A stretch of 64,000 bases of DNA from Phoronis australis (Eukaryota > Animalia > Phoronida), in assembly GCA_002633005.1 (NCBI GenBank), contig NMRA01000018.1, positions 118,291 to 182,290 on the forward strand, in the 5' to 3' direction. The notes under the pieces are model-generated. The model saw nothing but the letters and a program-made list of their open reading frames with translations, was not told where the DNA came from and searched no databases. The position numbers and the translations under genes are program-made. This document shows, piece by piece, positions 1 through 12,813 of the stretch (positions within the stretch are counted from its first letter, which is position 1; each line of letters opens with the position of its first letter).

Positions 1-829
1 TGAATGGTTTTGTAATAGGAAGACGACAACATTTTCCCAATTTCCGATGTGTTTGACGTATTCTGTGCCATTTAATGGCCATTTGTTTGATACTAAAAAC
101 TCCATTAGAAGCACACCCTTTCTGTTGCTGTTATGTGTGCATTTCAATGCTCTTGTCGAGTTACCTAAAGACATTGTGTTAGCACAGGCATGTATTCATG
201 AAATTTGTAGGATTGTCTTCCCGCTCATTCTACATCTGATCTTAGTGTACTGAGAGTGGGCACTTGGTGTGGGTAGGCTTTTGATCCCATTGCAAGTTGC
301 TTGCATTTTTACGGTTTTTAAATTTCGTAAAAGTCTGTGTTTAGCTTTAATTGTTAGAAAAATTTACGATTTTTGATATTCTAAATTGAGGATTATTAAC
401 TATAGTTTTATATGTCTGTTGTTTTGGCATTTTTGTGCACCCACGTGAGTGCTTATTGTTGTCATCTATTTCTGTCCCATATCCTTCCAAATGCATCTTC
501 ACTAAGTGTGGCATTAAGTGTGACTGAAACGCAATTGATGTTGATTTTTGGATAGATACAACTTCTGTGACACTGACAGCCCTTAGCGAAGACTGGCATT
601 CCATCTGTGCGCCCCGTCATTCTTTACCGCCTGCTAATGCAATTAAGCATTGTAATTGAAAGTCGCATTCCTCTACTGTTTTAGTCGTACATTTTTCCTT
701 ACTTGAGCATACAGATTGATGTCGTACAAAATTGCAATCTGTCCTCGAAGACAACGTCCTTCAGAATGCATGCACTAATTCTTTAAGGCATGGCATTCTG
801 ACATCATCGACTCCAACCCATTGTTACAG

Positions 830-985
830 GGCTTCAAACAGTACAGTCAAGCGCGTAACCACGAGGTGTGTCACAACCCACGCAATGAAGATGAATTAGG
901 AGAGGACCACTGGTCAACTAAGAAGACCTGTGACATCTGTAATCGAACATTTGTCAATATCAAGAGTTTGAAAAAGCACGTCGAG
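830..985 (+). CDS. Zinc-finger gene internal exon
   Basis: ttacag|GGC...GAG|gtaaa; GFKQYSQARNHEVCH...KTCDICNRTFVNIKSLKKHVE. Confidence 0.88.
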
Positions 986-3554
986 GTAAACTGTTGAATG
1001 TACCAGTAAAATATTTTAGTTGGAAAGTTTTATTTTTCTGTTGTAATCATTCTCCGTGACTCAAATCATTAAGCACTGAGCATATTTTACTTTGTGTTAA
1101 ATTGGATGCATGTCAACATTTTGCCATTTTGTAATTTTGTCAAGTGTCACGTGCATAGCATGTTGCTCAGACCTCTGTTGACTTTGTGTTTCTTGTATAG
1201 GTGCATACTACACATATAGGTACATCTGCTTAATTCTGGATATAGGCCCAGTTCACATATAGCCATGTGGGTCTAAATACTCTCACATGCTGTATACTAG
1301 TTCAACTGTGACATGGAGCAAATTGACTCTCCAGCAAGGTCACCTGTGTCCAGTTAGTTTTAGCTGCTCTTTTCAAAAATGGTGTTGAGCGTTTGATCAG
1401 AAACTCCTTCGTACATGCTAATTGGTGCCTGCAGCTGGACACCAAGTGGACACCAAGGGATAGTTGGCATAAAACCAATGATTAATCTTACCTTGCACCA
1501 CCTTCGTCAAGATGCGCCATACCAAACTACGTCAAGAAATTTGCACCAAAGCATTTTGATCTGTGTTGCTTTGCATTGTGCCAATATTTCAATGTAGACC
1601 GACATTACACCTATATGTAGCTTGGAGATGTTAATAAGCGGTGGTGCTTTCAGTGTGTCCATGACAAAGTGAAGCCCTTCTTCTGTCCCTACTGTCCACA
1701 CACTGCTTCAAGAAAGGCTATGATGCAGCTTCACATGAGGACCCACACTGGAGAGAAGCCCTTCAAGTATGGTTTTTCCCATTCAGTTCGATTAAATGCT
1801 ATTTGCATATTTCACAATTATTCTGGTTGTCTATGAGGTAAAATCTCACCGATTTAGGACACAATATGGCCGACAAGTGATTATTTTACTTACTTTTTCA
1901 ATTTCTCGTAAAAGATAGTTGGCACCAAATTAATGCTTTTAACATTTTTAATGTTCAGTGCCATAGCTACCATCAGACAATGAATCTCTGAAATTCTTAG
2001 TATTCACAGCAGTGTTAGAAGTGGCCTTTGAAAAATGAAAAAAGGCCTATTTTGACAATTTTTTTTTAGTTTTTACTATAGTACTAGAAATCCAAGCTTG
2101 TTATAGTTGTTCTTTTGTCAAGTATGGGATATGGCATTTACTTATTTTTACTGTGAAACGAAGTATACACCTGTAACCCCTAGGTAGTGAAGTACGGGAC
2201 ACCTCAGAATTTGCTTGCTCGGATTGTCCTGTCTTTCTAAATCAAATAATAGTTGATGTTTTATGTGATAATTTTCACCTAATCAGCAGACAACATGGCT
2301 GACGCATGGCACTTCATTTTGTCAAATATCTCAACAAAAATTAGGATTAAGAAAAGATGCTTGGTAATTTTTTCTTTAGTTGCAACATAGTAGTCGGACT
2401 ACTTTTTGGAAGGTTGAAAAAATAACCATTTTGCCAAATGTCTTTGTGCAAACTAACTGAAGATTTACCAAACAGGTAATTTGTGGAATCATTGTTAATT
2501 ATATCATTTTTGGCCGTAGTAAGATTAAAAAACAGGCAATCGTTGCACAAATAAAAAAGTTCATGTTCATTCAACGTTTCGTCTATTCCTAAGACATCAT
2601 CAGGATAATATATACAATAAGACAGCAAGTGTTGAATACCAGCCAAGTCACATCCATGCAGTGAAATGAGAGTAGGAAGAGATTCAGGGAATAGTAAGTA
2701 GGTCATCACCATAGCTGTAGGGTCACTGAGCTCTGCATGTTATTGAGAGATTCAGTAGCATGCAGGTCCTGAATGGCCAATGAATTGGGCTCATTTATAT
2801 CTTCTATTACGCAATGTCCTCTATTACGCAACGGGTCTTTTCTGTACACTCTAGGTGTGAGGTGTGTACATACTCCACTGGCGATCACAACTCATTGCGA
2901 CGGCACAGGATGAGGCACACCGGCCAGAAGCCTTACAAGTGTGCTCATTGTGCGTACTCGTGTATACAGGCCATCTCCCTTAAGATGCATATGAAGAGCA
3001 AACACATGGGCGAGGAAGGACTGTACGTGTGCAAGGAGTGTCCGTTCCACACTATTAACAAGAAGACGTTTGAAGAGCACTTAGAGGATCATAAGAACGG
3101 ACTGGTCCAAGCTAAGGCGCCAGAGGTGGTTAAACCACCACCAGTGACATCAACGAGCAACGTAGTTCAAGCAAGCGTCATCTCTGGTCCAAGTGAAATC
3201 TCATCGGCTCAGTTCAATTTGATCTACTCGGCTCTCAATGCCATATCACAAAACAGCGGCACCGTATCACTCGGTACAACGGTTGCCGAGGGGGACAATC
3301 AGACGCAAACCATCACTATCCATCTGCCCACAGAACAAGTGGAGGGAGAGTCAGTAGTGTTGGCAGTGGGACAGCCATCGGAGGCGAACGTCCAGGATGT
3401 AGAGTTTGTGGATGCAAGTCAGATTCACATGATTGAAACGGAACAGGCAGCCGAATGTGTTGCTAATGGAGATGAGATCACAAAGGCGGGGGAACAGAAC
3501 CAAGAACATGTTGCACAGCCAGTGCAGGACTCAAGTGTACCAAAAACTGACTGA
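830..3554 (+). CDS. C2H2 zinc-finger protein, 3' part (exons 830-985, 1654-1766, 2855-3554; 5' exons not found in window)
   Basis: Spliced translation gives one partial and five full C2H2 fingers (e.g. CDICNRTFVNIKSLKKHVECVH, CPYCPHTASRKAMMQLHMRTH, CEVCTYSTGDHNSLRRHRMRH) with TGEKPF/TGQKPY linkers, then an acidic low-complexity tail. GT-AG introns are phase-consistent. Confidence 0.9.
1654..1766 (+). CDS. Zinc-finger gene internal exon
   Basis: tttcag|TGT...AA|gtatgg; CVHDKVKPFFCPYCPHTASRKAMMQLHMRTHTGEKPF. Confidence 0.9.
2855..3554 (+). CDS. Zinc-finger gene terminal coding exon
   Basis: ctctag|G TGT GAG; three C2H2 fingers, then a tail ending in TGA at 3552-3554 (ORF 2814..3554). Confidence 0.92.
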
Positions 3555-4834
3555 ACATCCATCACTTGTTCATTAATATATGAATCCATCCAAAACCATT
3601 CTCTGCAAAATTTGTTTGCCAATAGAACTTTTACGAGATAGTGTGTATTTTTGTCCCACTTCAATTGAGGTCGTGTCACAAACCTGGGGCACGTTCCAAA
3701 AGGCAAGACAGGTGCAAGACACCTGCAGCTGGAAAGCTTGAGTGATAGTATGGAACTAGTGAGTTTGCTTACATTTCTTTAACAATTCAACATTCCAATT
3801 TTACAATGACATATACAGAAGGGGGACAAGTCTACCTTCCTCGCAAAAGGATTATTGTGTATTGAATTGCTAATGGTTGTTTACCTACAAGTAACTTGTA
3901 ATTAAGCAAATTTCAACCATTAAAATTGATGGGCTACCTTTGTTACCTAGGTTGTAATTCTTGAATAACTTAAGTATTAATAGTATACCCATAAAACTAT
4001 ATTTTTCAAATCCTTAATCGTACAAAAGCTTGTCTGGGATTTTCTTTTAAAGGGGACACCGTTTTTAGAGTCCTTTTGGTGAGAAAAGATTTTCAGGTTA
4101 TCCAAGACAAATGTAGAAGTTCATCAAATTTACCCGGTTTCTAATTAATTACGCACGCATCACTCCCGAAGACTTGGATCATTTCTCGCCTTCCTTAAGC
4201 AATGGTTTATTGTGAACATATTTACGGCAAAAATTGTCCAGTTGCACCGCTTTGGGATGAAGAGTCAGCAGTGCATTCTTGACAGGTACGAGGCACCTAT
4301 AACAGATGTTATCATCCACATCTGTACTCTGCAAGAGCTTATGATGCGTGCATCCCAGAAGGCAAACAACCTCTAGACATACTGCAGAGTAAGACTCGGA
4401 GAAAGACATAAAATGGTCCATCTTGTTACAAAGTCATGAACGTATGGTGCATTTGATGTTAAACAAAGCCCAGTCCATGTAGCAAAGCTGGCAGGAAGTG
4501 ATATGGGTCGCAAACATCAGTTCCGGAGTGACACATGCAGTATTGATTAGAACTTGGGGAAACTTCAGAATTTTCTTAAGATAATCAGAAAATCGTATAT
4601 TAACTGAAAATGGAACTAAAAACAGTTGTTTGAGAACACTACTGCCAAATATTAAGGCACTAAGATTCTTTGAAAAAATGAAAGTTGTGATATTTGACAC
4701 CTGTGTTCTCTGCCTAAAACACCATAAAAAATCCCAGGCACATTTTTGTTGCTAAAAGAATGAAGACAGAGAATAAGAAAGCTTCTTACGGAAAAAAATG
4801 TTTGTGTAAAATACAGCGACCTGTAAAAGAACGA

Positions 4835-6055
4835 TTTTTATGTGCGGCGTCCGCTGCTCTATCTCCAAAACCGATTGACATATAATCATGAAATTTTGCA
4901 CATGTGTTGCGTTCATGGATGGGACGGCATGAGCGAACTTTCGGACGATTCCGACTACCGGTGTGCCCCCTAGTGGCAATTTTAGTTTTTTACGTTTAAT
5001 TCTGTATCTTCAAAGGTCCTCAACATATTTTCACAAAATTTGGTATGTAGGCATCTATTACTGAGGCGACAGTAACCTCGCGTTTTCGGATGGATTCGGC
5101 GTAGTTTGCGCCACCTAGTGGCCATTTTTAGTTTTCGAGTCTGCTTTTTGGCGTCCAGCTCTCTATAAACCAAACCGCTCTAAGTATGATTGTGAAAATT
5201 GGCTTGTATGTTCTTACTATGAAGATGACGGTGGACGGTGATTTTCCGACGACTTCGACTACTGTGGCACCTCCTAGTGGCAGTTTTTTTGTTTTTTTTT
5301 GCACCCATGCCTGTATCTCCTAAACTGTTCAGAGGATTCTTACTAAATTTATTAAGTGAATTTATATGATGTTAACAACGGAGGTCGACGACTTTCAGAC
5401 GGATCTGACTACTGGTGTGCCTGCTAGTGGCAATTTTATTTTTTTACGTTTACCTCTGTATATTTAAAGGTATCTGGCATCTGTTAATAAAGTGACACTA
5501 TCTCTCCGTTTTCAGATGGATTTGACCTAGTTTGCGCCACCTAGTGGCCATTTTTACTGTTTTTGGCGTCCACTCGTCTATCAACCAAACAACTTTCAGG
5601 ATAATTGTGAAAATTGGCATGTGTGTTTTTACTATGAAGTGGATGGCTGACCATTTTCCGACGAGCTCGACTACTGTGGTGCCTCCTAGTGGTAGTTTTG
5701 TTTTTTTGCGCTCATGACTGTATCTCCTAAACTGTTTGCAGGATCTTAACTTTATTTAACAAGTGTATTTATATGTTGACAACGGACGACGACGATTTTC
5801 GGACGGATCTGACTTCTGGCGGATCGAACGGACGCTGTGCCCACAAGTAGCAATTTCATTCTGTTCTGTTTTCCTCTTGTTTCTCAGAAGTTCCTTGACA
5901 GATTTTTATGAAATATTCCATGTTCCCGTTTTTGGATGGATTGTACATTTTGCGCCATCTAGTGGCCATTGGTATGATGCATATAAATAACCCTAAAAGC
6001 ACACCATTTTCGATGCATTCGTGGGTGCATTTCAATGCTCCGCGTTGCTCTTGTT
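4835..6055 (+). mobile_element. DINE-1/HINE-like non-autonomous element with internal ~115-160 bp subrepeats
   Basis: Starts TTTTTATG and ends GCTCTTGTT. Homologous to the reverse complement of 50988-52201. The subrepeats each contain a GYGCCNYCTAGTGG-type motif. Family assignment is by architecture only. Confidence 0.7.
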
Positions 6056-7000
6056 GAGAAAATCAGGAATTGCTTTTGTGCACACAAGATTCTGTGACCA
6101 TCAAGGAATTTAAAAATGTATAGTGTTATGGATCCACTAATACTTAGAAAGTTTGTTTTTAAAAAAACTGATTCATGGTCCGTGGTAACTAAGATAGGCT
6201 ACTACCTTATGTAATTACCAACAAACTGACAAGATAAATCTAAATTTATTCAAATTAATCACAATTCCATTACTTCTGACTTTCTGTAACAGTTTTTGGC
6301 CGTTCATGAGAATTGCAGTCTACTAAAACATGATTGAACAATTGCTGCAACTGCATTTCAGCCAGGTAAAATTTGCAAAGCAGTTATGGCACAACTTGAA
6401 ATGGAATATGTCCAATTTCAGTAGGCCAATACCCTTAACATGAGAGAGACAGAGGTACTAATAGCAAAGTTCTCCATTTTATCCTCCTATAAAGTTGTAA
6501 ATGAGACACTTTTACTTCATTACTAGGTAAAGGTTCATCCCTATGAATTACTTAACACGCAAACTTGAGTCGTGTTTATTCAACTACAAAAATATATAAC
6601 TCGCTTCAATCGAATTTTTGCTTTTAACTCTGGAAGTTCCTTGCTGAAATAAAATCTTGGATCCAAATTGTGCGAGTTTCATGGATAGCAGCTATTTTTG
6701 TGCTCCAACAAATTCAGGGCATTGGCAAAAATACAACAAAAATAAAGTAATCACCTTGAAATGGAAGATTACTTTTCCAAAAATAAGACTCAATTTCTTG
6801 TGATTACCGAAACCATAAGTTATCAAAGTACTCTTTAGCAGTTAAATTGCTTATAAACCCACATTTCACCCACTACAATTTTTTTATGTAAACCACTAAC
6901 TGCTATAAAGTTGGGTCTCTACTTGTTCTGGTTTCATGAACAACTGGCCAGTCGTTATTTTTCCAGACCATGCTCGCCGCATAAAGTGAAACGCCATGAC

Positions 7001-7210
7001 AAGTCAACAAGTAGAACCTAGTCTACACCAATAACAAGTCATCAAGTAGAACGTGGTCTCCACCACTAACAAGTCAACAAGTAGAACCTGGTCTCTACCA
7101 CTAACAAGTCAACAAGTAGAACCTGGTCTCCACCAATAACAAGTCAACAAGTAGAACCTGGTCTCCACCAATAACAAGTCAACAAGTAGAACCTGGTCTC
7201 CACCAATAAT
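7001..7210. repeat. 35-bp minisatellite, 6 copies
   Basis: Unit AAGTCAACAAGTAGAACCTGGTCTCCACCAATAAC starts at 7001, 7036, 7071, 7106, 7141 and 7176, with no unique spacers. Confidence 0.95.
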
Positions 7211-8242
7211 TAACTGTCAATTCTTTCGAAGCCTTGAAACCATCTCAAGTTTTACCAAGGAAAATTTGAGTCCAATTTCATAGGAGTAAGTGGTCTAAAT
7301 CAAAACTTGTTTTTGTAATGGAAGGCAAGTTTATAATGGTAGGCAAGTTTAGAATGGAAGGCAGGTTTATAATCCGTTTAAGAACGACACTATTTTGTGA
7401 CATTCATGTTCTGGTCATAGTAAGAAATGGAATACGTACCTTTTAAATCAACTTCTGAAGGAGACGAAATGAATTTGAGAATTGTTGAATTACATGTGAT
7501 ATATCATATTACAAAAGACGCAAATTTTAACAATAAAAATTCAAGCCGCAATGCTCCATTTAGTTGAAACTAATACCTACTTAGCAAAATAACTGTTCTA
7601 GTCTTCAGTAACTCAATCCTTAACACCACGGCGCAAGTATTATGTATCACACTGCAACCATAACAACACAAGTGTGACAAGCAATAATCCAGAGGTTAAA
7701 ATGACTTGTGATGTTTCAAACAACCCAGCCTGAATGTTGAAAACCTTAGGGCTCCTTGATCATTGACCTTGCAAAGATTTTAAATGAGTAACACATAAGT
7801 GAAAAATTTCTAAAAACTATGAAAATAAACAGCAAATTTGCAGCACTACTGAAAAGTGAAAGGAAATACTGGAAAAAGGCAGTTATGCATCACGACCTCG
7901 CCATCAACATATTGCAACATTCCCCAACTCGGTGTGGTACCATTGTCTCTGTGTTTGTTGCAAGGTTTTATGAACAAGCCATTGCCACACTTTACATTTT
8001 TATGCCCGTCCTCGAAGTTCACTAACTAAACATTAGAAATAATCACAAGAAAAGATATTTAGTAACTGAAAACTGCACTGAATTTTTTTGTTCACCGAAC
8101 AAATCTTGCATGATATCTCCACTATAAACGTTTGGAAGAAAACACAGCACTGCTGGACATCTACACTAAATGCACTAGTATCGATCATAACTGTAGATTA
8201 CATTAATTTAGGGTATCACTCCTGAAATATGTAATAAAAAAA

Positions 8243-8337
8243 TTATGTTTCAGTTTCAAGGAACTTGTTATAAGCTTCCTCGTCCATAAGCCCTTGTAAT
8301 TGTTCAGGGTGGCTCATCTTGATCTTGAAAACCCAAC
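8243..8337 (-). CDS. GCSH: GCSH exon 5
   Basis: [31 protein letters not shown]. Confidence 0.95.
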
Positions 8338-11300
8338 CTGTGAATGAAAATAGGAGTTACTTAACAAGTGAACAAGCTAAATGATTGTGTGGTAAAGGAT
8401 AAAATTCTAAATTAAAGGTAACATGACAGCTTAATAGAAAACTTTTAAGTTTCCACAATTTAGCAAAAAAGCGGAAAAAGCTAATTTGTCGCATAATCTC
8501 ACATAAGAAAACCAACATGAGGTCTTAGAAACCTTAAGCCAATTCGTGCTGTGCAGTAACAGGTCATCACCATGACGCCAAGGTGAGGCAAAAATCCACC
8601 TTTGCTTTTCAAAAGGTGTATCATTCATTAGTCAAAAAAATTCCCCTCAATAGCAAAGGCTCTGTATAGATCAGCGTCCATCAAAAATAAAATGTATTAC
8701 ACCAAATTCACATAATTTAGTGACAATAAATACGGTAGACTGTCTGTTGTCAGAATAAAAAGAAGGTCCATTTATTATGGTTTTATGAGAGAAAGTTGTC
8801 ATAATAACAAAGTCTTGTAAACAAATCACCGTTGTAGACTGGACTGAATACATTGGCTTTTGTAGGTTACTTTTTTATGTCTAGAAAACAAAGTCGGACA
8901 GCCACTCAGAGAATAGGCTGGTTGCGTACTCGAACACTGAACGGAGTAACAGCTCCATGATCCGTCTTTTCCTCCTATCTTTAGAAAGGACCATGCACGG
9001 CATATGGACAGACCCGCCGTGACACGCCAACTCATCAAGCCGTATCTTAGGCAATAACAAACTGTCAGTTCTTCTAAACTCCAGCAATAACCTCTGATCT
9101 TAGTAAGGAAAACGCCAGCAGTGGATTTATAAAGGTAACTGCCTTAAATTAAAAGCTTTTTTGACAGAGGAAGGCGTTTATAACTTAAATTTCTGGAGTT
9201 TCACCACAAAATGGGTGCTGAAGTGGAATGACGCGAAACTTCCAAATTTAAAACGCCACCTATGAAATTTGTGAATACTGTTCACTGTAAGTCTGTAATC
9301 ATTTATGAAGCATTCCTATTTTAGTGGCACCTTTCACCTGATGAAACTGATATTGTAACAGTGTTCTAAACTAAAGCCAGTATCTTTAAGGGGCACCCAC
9401 CGTCTGTATAACAGGAGTTGTTAATGAGCGAGGGTTCTTCATCCAGTTTCCCGTTCACCTCTGTCACAGTGCCCGAGACAGGTGAGTATAGGTCACTCGC
9501 TGCCTTCACACTCTCCACAGCACCACACTCACCTGCAATCAACACACAGGTAGTAAAAATGCAATTAGAGCAAGTAAACCCAACCTGTTGATAGGTACGT
9601 GAGTACCAATGCACTGACTGGTTAGCAAAGCATAGTAATCAGGATATTAACTGGCTAGAGTGATCAGCTGCAAATTGTTTTCGAGAGGCTAAATGGTTGA
9701 AACTTATTTTTCTGAGGTGAATCAGGATCTGAATTTCCACAATTTTCGGAATGTAGTAAGTGCTGGCACTGAAAGACCAGAAAATAAATAAATAAAACCC
9801 AATGACCATTTTGTCGCCTCCCTTCAGTCATCGCCAACAAAATATGAGCTCAACATAATGTTTCGCCAAAGAGCGTACCAGAGCAGCAAAACATGGACCT
9901 CGGCTTTTTGTTATTCACTAATACGCCATTTGTAACAAAATCACAAAAATGCATAACGTATTTTGTTGTTTTAAAGCTCTGGCCAAAGCTAACAACTTGA
10001 AGGTAACTTGTACGTAACTTGAACGACACTTGTAGGTAACTCTATCCAACAATAATCCCAATAACGCACTTTGCCGATATAAAACTGATAGCGTCACTTT
10101 GAAAGGTTTCCCTGAAAGCAAATAAAAAATAACAACACTATTTCCAGGGGAAATGTATAATTTTTTCAGGAAATATAGTCAGGCCTCCTTTTGCGACTTC
10201 TCCGATCCGCCACTGAATTTTAAATCCATATATATACACAGTCACTGGTAGTTCATCATGGTATAACCTGCCTACCTCCTTGAGCCACCTCTGAATCAAC
10301 ATCAGGCAGTTGGACGAAGACGATATCTCCAAGTGTCTCCTAGAAACAAAGAGTCTAACATGCAAAACTTGAATATCCTGAATGATTGGCTCATTTGTGC
10401 CACTTGCAGCAATAACTAGGTCATGTTAATATCATCAACTAAAATTTTAGCAATTTTAGAGACGTGGCTTTAGCCTCAAATACAACCAAACAACTGTAGT
10501 TGGACCATACTAACTTAACAGAATGTGTAAAATTAAAAGATGGTAACGAAAAGTTATATTTGGTGCACGTGGTCCAATGTCGTTTGCGGTGCATCAGGTG
10601 TATGACTGGCCCCACTGCACGAAACACCCGAGCTAAAACTCTTAAGAAAATGAACAAATTTCCCATTTGTTGCCATGCACTAATGTTATAAGCATGTAAT
10701 GGCGCCATCTGGGAGCTTGCTCCTTAAGCTTTAGAAGCTCGGCACGACTTTACCAGCTGTTTAGGGGTTTCAACGCCAGTCCCACACTAAGGAAACACTG
10801 AAAAAGTTAAGCCCTGAAATGGTTTTCCAACAACTACCGACCGACAAAGCACACTAGTTACACTCTTACATTCTTTTGTGTCAATTGTAGGCAGTCAAAG
10901 CGTCTGAATGGTTTTCACAAGTCTAAATGTAAACCCTGCATTCACATTCACCTGGGCGTGGTTTGAGATTCCCACTGTTCCGATATCTCCTTCCACAGAA
11001 ATATATTCATGGCTTTCAGCAAAGTACCTGTCTGAAAACAGAAACCTATATTTTGACTTTCATTCAGAAATATAGAGAATTAAAGGTGACCCAGATAGGC
11101 AAGTATTGATGTCTCCCGCTATCATTGAAATGACACGTGGGGAGTGTCATATTTTTTACTCCATTTTGTTAGTCTCAAATTGTTGAGTATAACGGCAGGT
11201 CGAGCCTTCTAGAGACAGTAGCAAGAGTTCATAGGTATTATTTCTGGCTTACCACTTGAGAATTCATTGAAATTGATAGTTTTGACCTACCAAGGCAGCG

Positions 11301-12813
11301 CTCAATGCAACTCTAAGAATGATTTGGAGAACATTTGGTAGCACTGAGATGAAAGTGAAAAATCATTAACTACAAGCACAGACAGTCTATAAGTTACATA
11401 ACTATCACTAACAGTCACTTCAAGTGTAATGCAACTCATGCAGTTTGGATATTCTCCTTGTCGCTGGAATACTGTAAAAGGACAATGTTTTGTGCCTACT
11501 CTCAAATCTGTGGACGCCTACCAGTATAGCCAGTATTCAGAGGTCTAAATTATCTAGACTTCAAACCTTCGTCTGAAATGATTTTAACATTCAAATCCAT
11601 AGTTCATATATATTTCCAAGTCCTTGAATTTGAAGTCTTATTCGAAAACAAGTTAACTTTACTTTGAAATTGAACATGAAATAAATGCAATAATTCCATT
11701 GATTACAGAGCTCATAAAATTTTGTACCAGAAAAAGAAGAGCATAGCTAAATAGTTGGATCTCGAAAATCAATTAATTAACTCAAACCCAAAAATAGGGC
11801 GTTCGTGGACAAACTCTTATCACGCTTGTACAGATTTTTACACTGACCACCGTCTCTACTGGCATTAGAGACAGCGAAACTCCTATAGGTGCTTTACACC
11901 AAGGAAGCTTTTTGGCAATTTATGCCTCACATTGATTAAAACATCAAAGTCATGTTGTTATAAGTACCTTTTGCGCATAGAGGGACATGTTAGGAGCCCA
12001 TTAATGTCTTTAATTCCTTCCAATTCAAACAAATACTCCCATTTAATCCAATTTTTTTTCAACCAGTCCTTCGTTCAGTTGCCCAAATCAGCGACTGGCC
12101 ATTTTTGACACTTCACATGCCAGAAGAAATCATACCATATCTTCCAAAGATGTCCCTTAGTCCCTCTCAGGGATTGGAATGACCAATGACAAAAAAGAGA
12201 AATGTTTTCCAGGTGATGAATCATTCCATGCTCAGATACATAAAACAACATGTAAATAGGCTTGTGTCATAGAAATAGTTTTTTTGAGTTGTAAAACTGA
12301 GCAGAAAAAAACGTTTTTGCATGAATTAAGTCAAAGTAATGATAAAAATAGACGAAAAAATAGGAAACTGGAAATCAAATATGAGGAAATTGAAACCTAG
12401 AGACAAAATCCTCTTACACTTGACTCTTGACTGTATAAATTAGGAAAATTCCAAACCCTGCCCTCTGGCTCTGGATCTATGCGCAAAAGGTATTTATAAC
12501 AAAGTGACTTTGACGTGAGGCATGCTTCGTCGAAAAGCGCCTATAGGAGCTTTCACCGTCAGTAGATACGGTGATTACGGTGGTCACTGTCTAGTGCATG
12601 GTGAACTAATAGTTTCTTGTCTTGAGGACAGGTGTAAGGGCGCCGAGTTCGAAGTTCAATACAAGTCCACAAACCTGCAAATTTGCTGCTGGAAATGCTA
12701 ATACTGCGCAGTATGCATAACTGTGGGGGTGTCACGCTCCAGACTTGTTTTGCTTGTAAAGTTTGACGAAAAGCAGGGCGCACGCAACGCAACAATCCAC
12801 GAACTGTTGCCAT
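8243..12813 (-). CDS. GCSH: Glycine cleavage system H protein, mitochondrial (exons 12813-12675, 11031-10952, 10339-10276, 9532-9401, 8337-8243; 169 aa)
   Basis: Arg/Ser-rich presequence [17 protein letters not shown]; [19 protein letters not shown], lipoyl motif [18 protein letters not shown] (Lys codon 9504-9506), GWVFKIK. All introns GT-AG and in phase. Confidence 0.96.
9401..9532 (-). CDS. GCSH: GCSH exon 4 (132 nt, lipoyl-Lys)
   Basis: [44 protein letters not shown]. Confidence 0.97.
10276..10339 (-). CDS. GCSH: GCSH exon 3 (64 nt)
   Basis: [21 protein letters not shown]. Confidence 0.95.
10952..11031 (-). CDS. GCSH: GCSH exon 2 (80 nt)
   Basis: [27 protein letters not shown]. Confidence 0.95.
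12168..12460. mobile_element. hAT-like MITE (CAGGG...CCCTG termini); related copies at 19166-19365 and 26016-26242
   Basis: CAGGGATTGGAAT...ATTCCAAACCCTG, flanked by CCCTCT on both sides. Internal sequence (aaataggcttgtgtcatagaaata) is shared with the 26016 copy. Confidence 0.75.
12675..12813 (-). CDS. GCSH: GCSH exon 1 (transit peptide)
   Basis: ATG at 12813; [17 protein letters not shown]...SSSKFA, donor G|gtttg, phase 1. Confidence 0.88.

Noticed and set aside
7001-7210. CRISPR-like 35-bp repeats
   Set aside because: Head-to-tail copies without unique spacers, eukaryotic context, no cas genes
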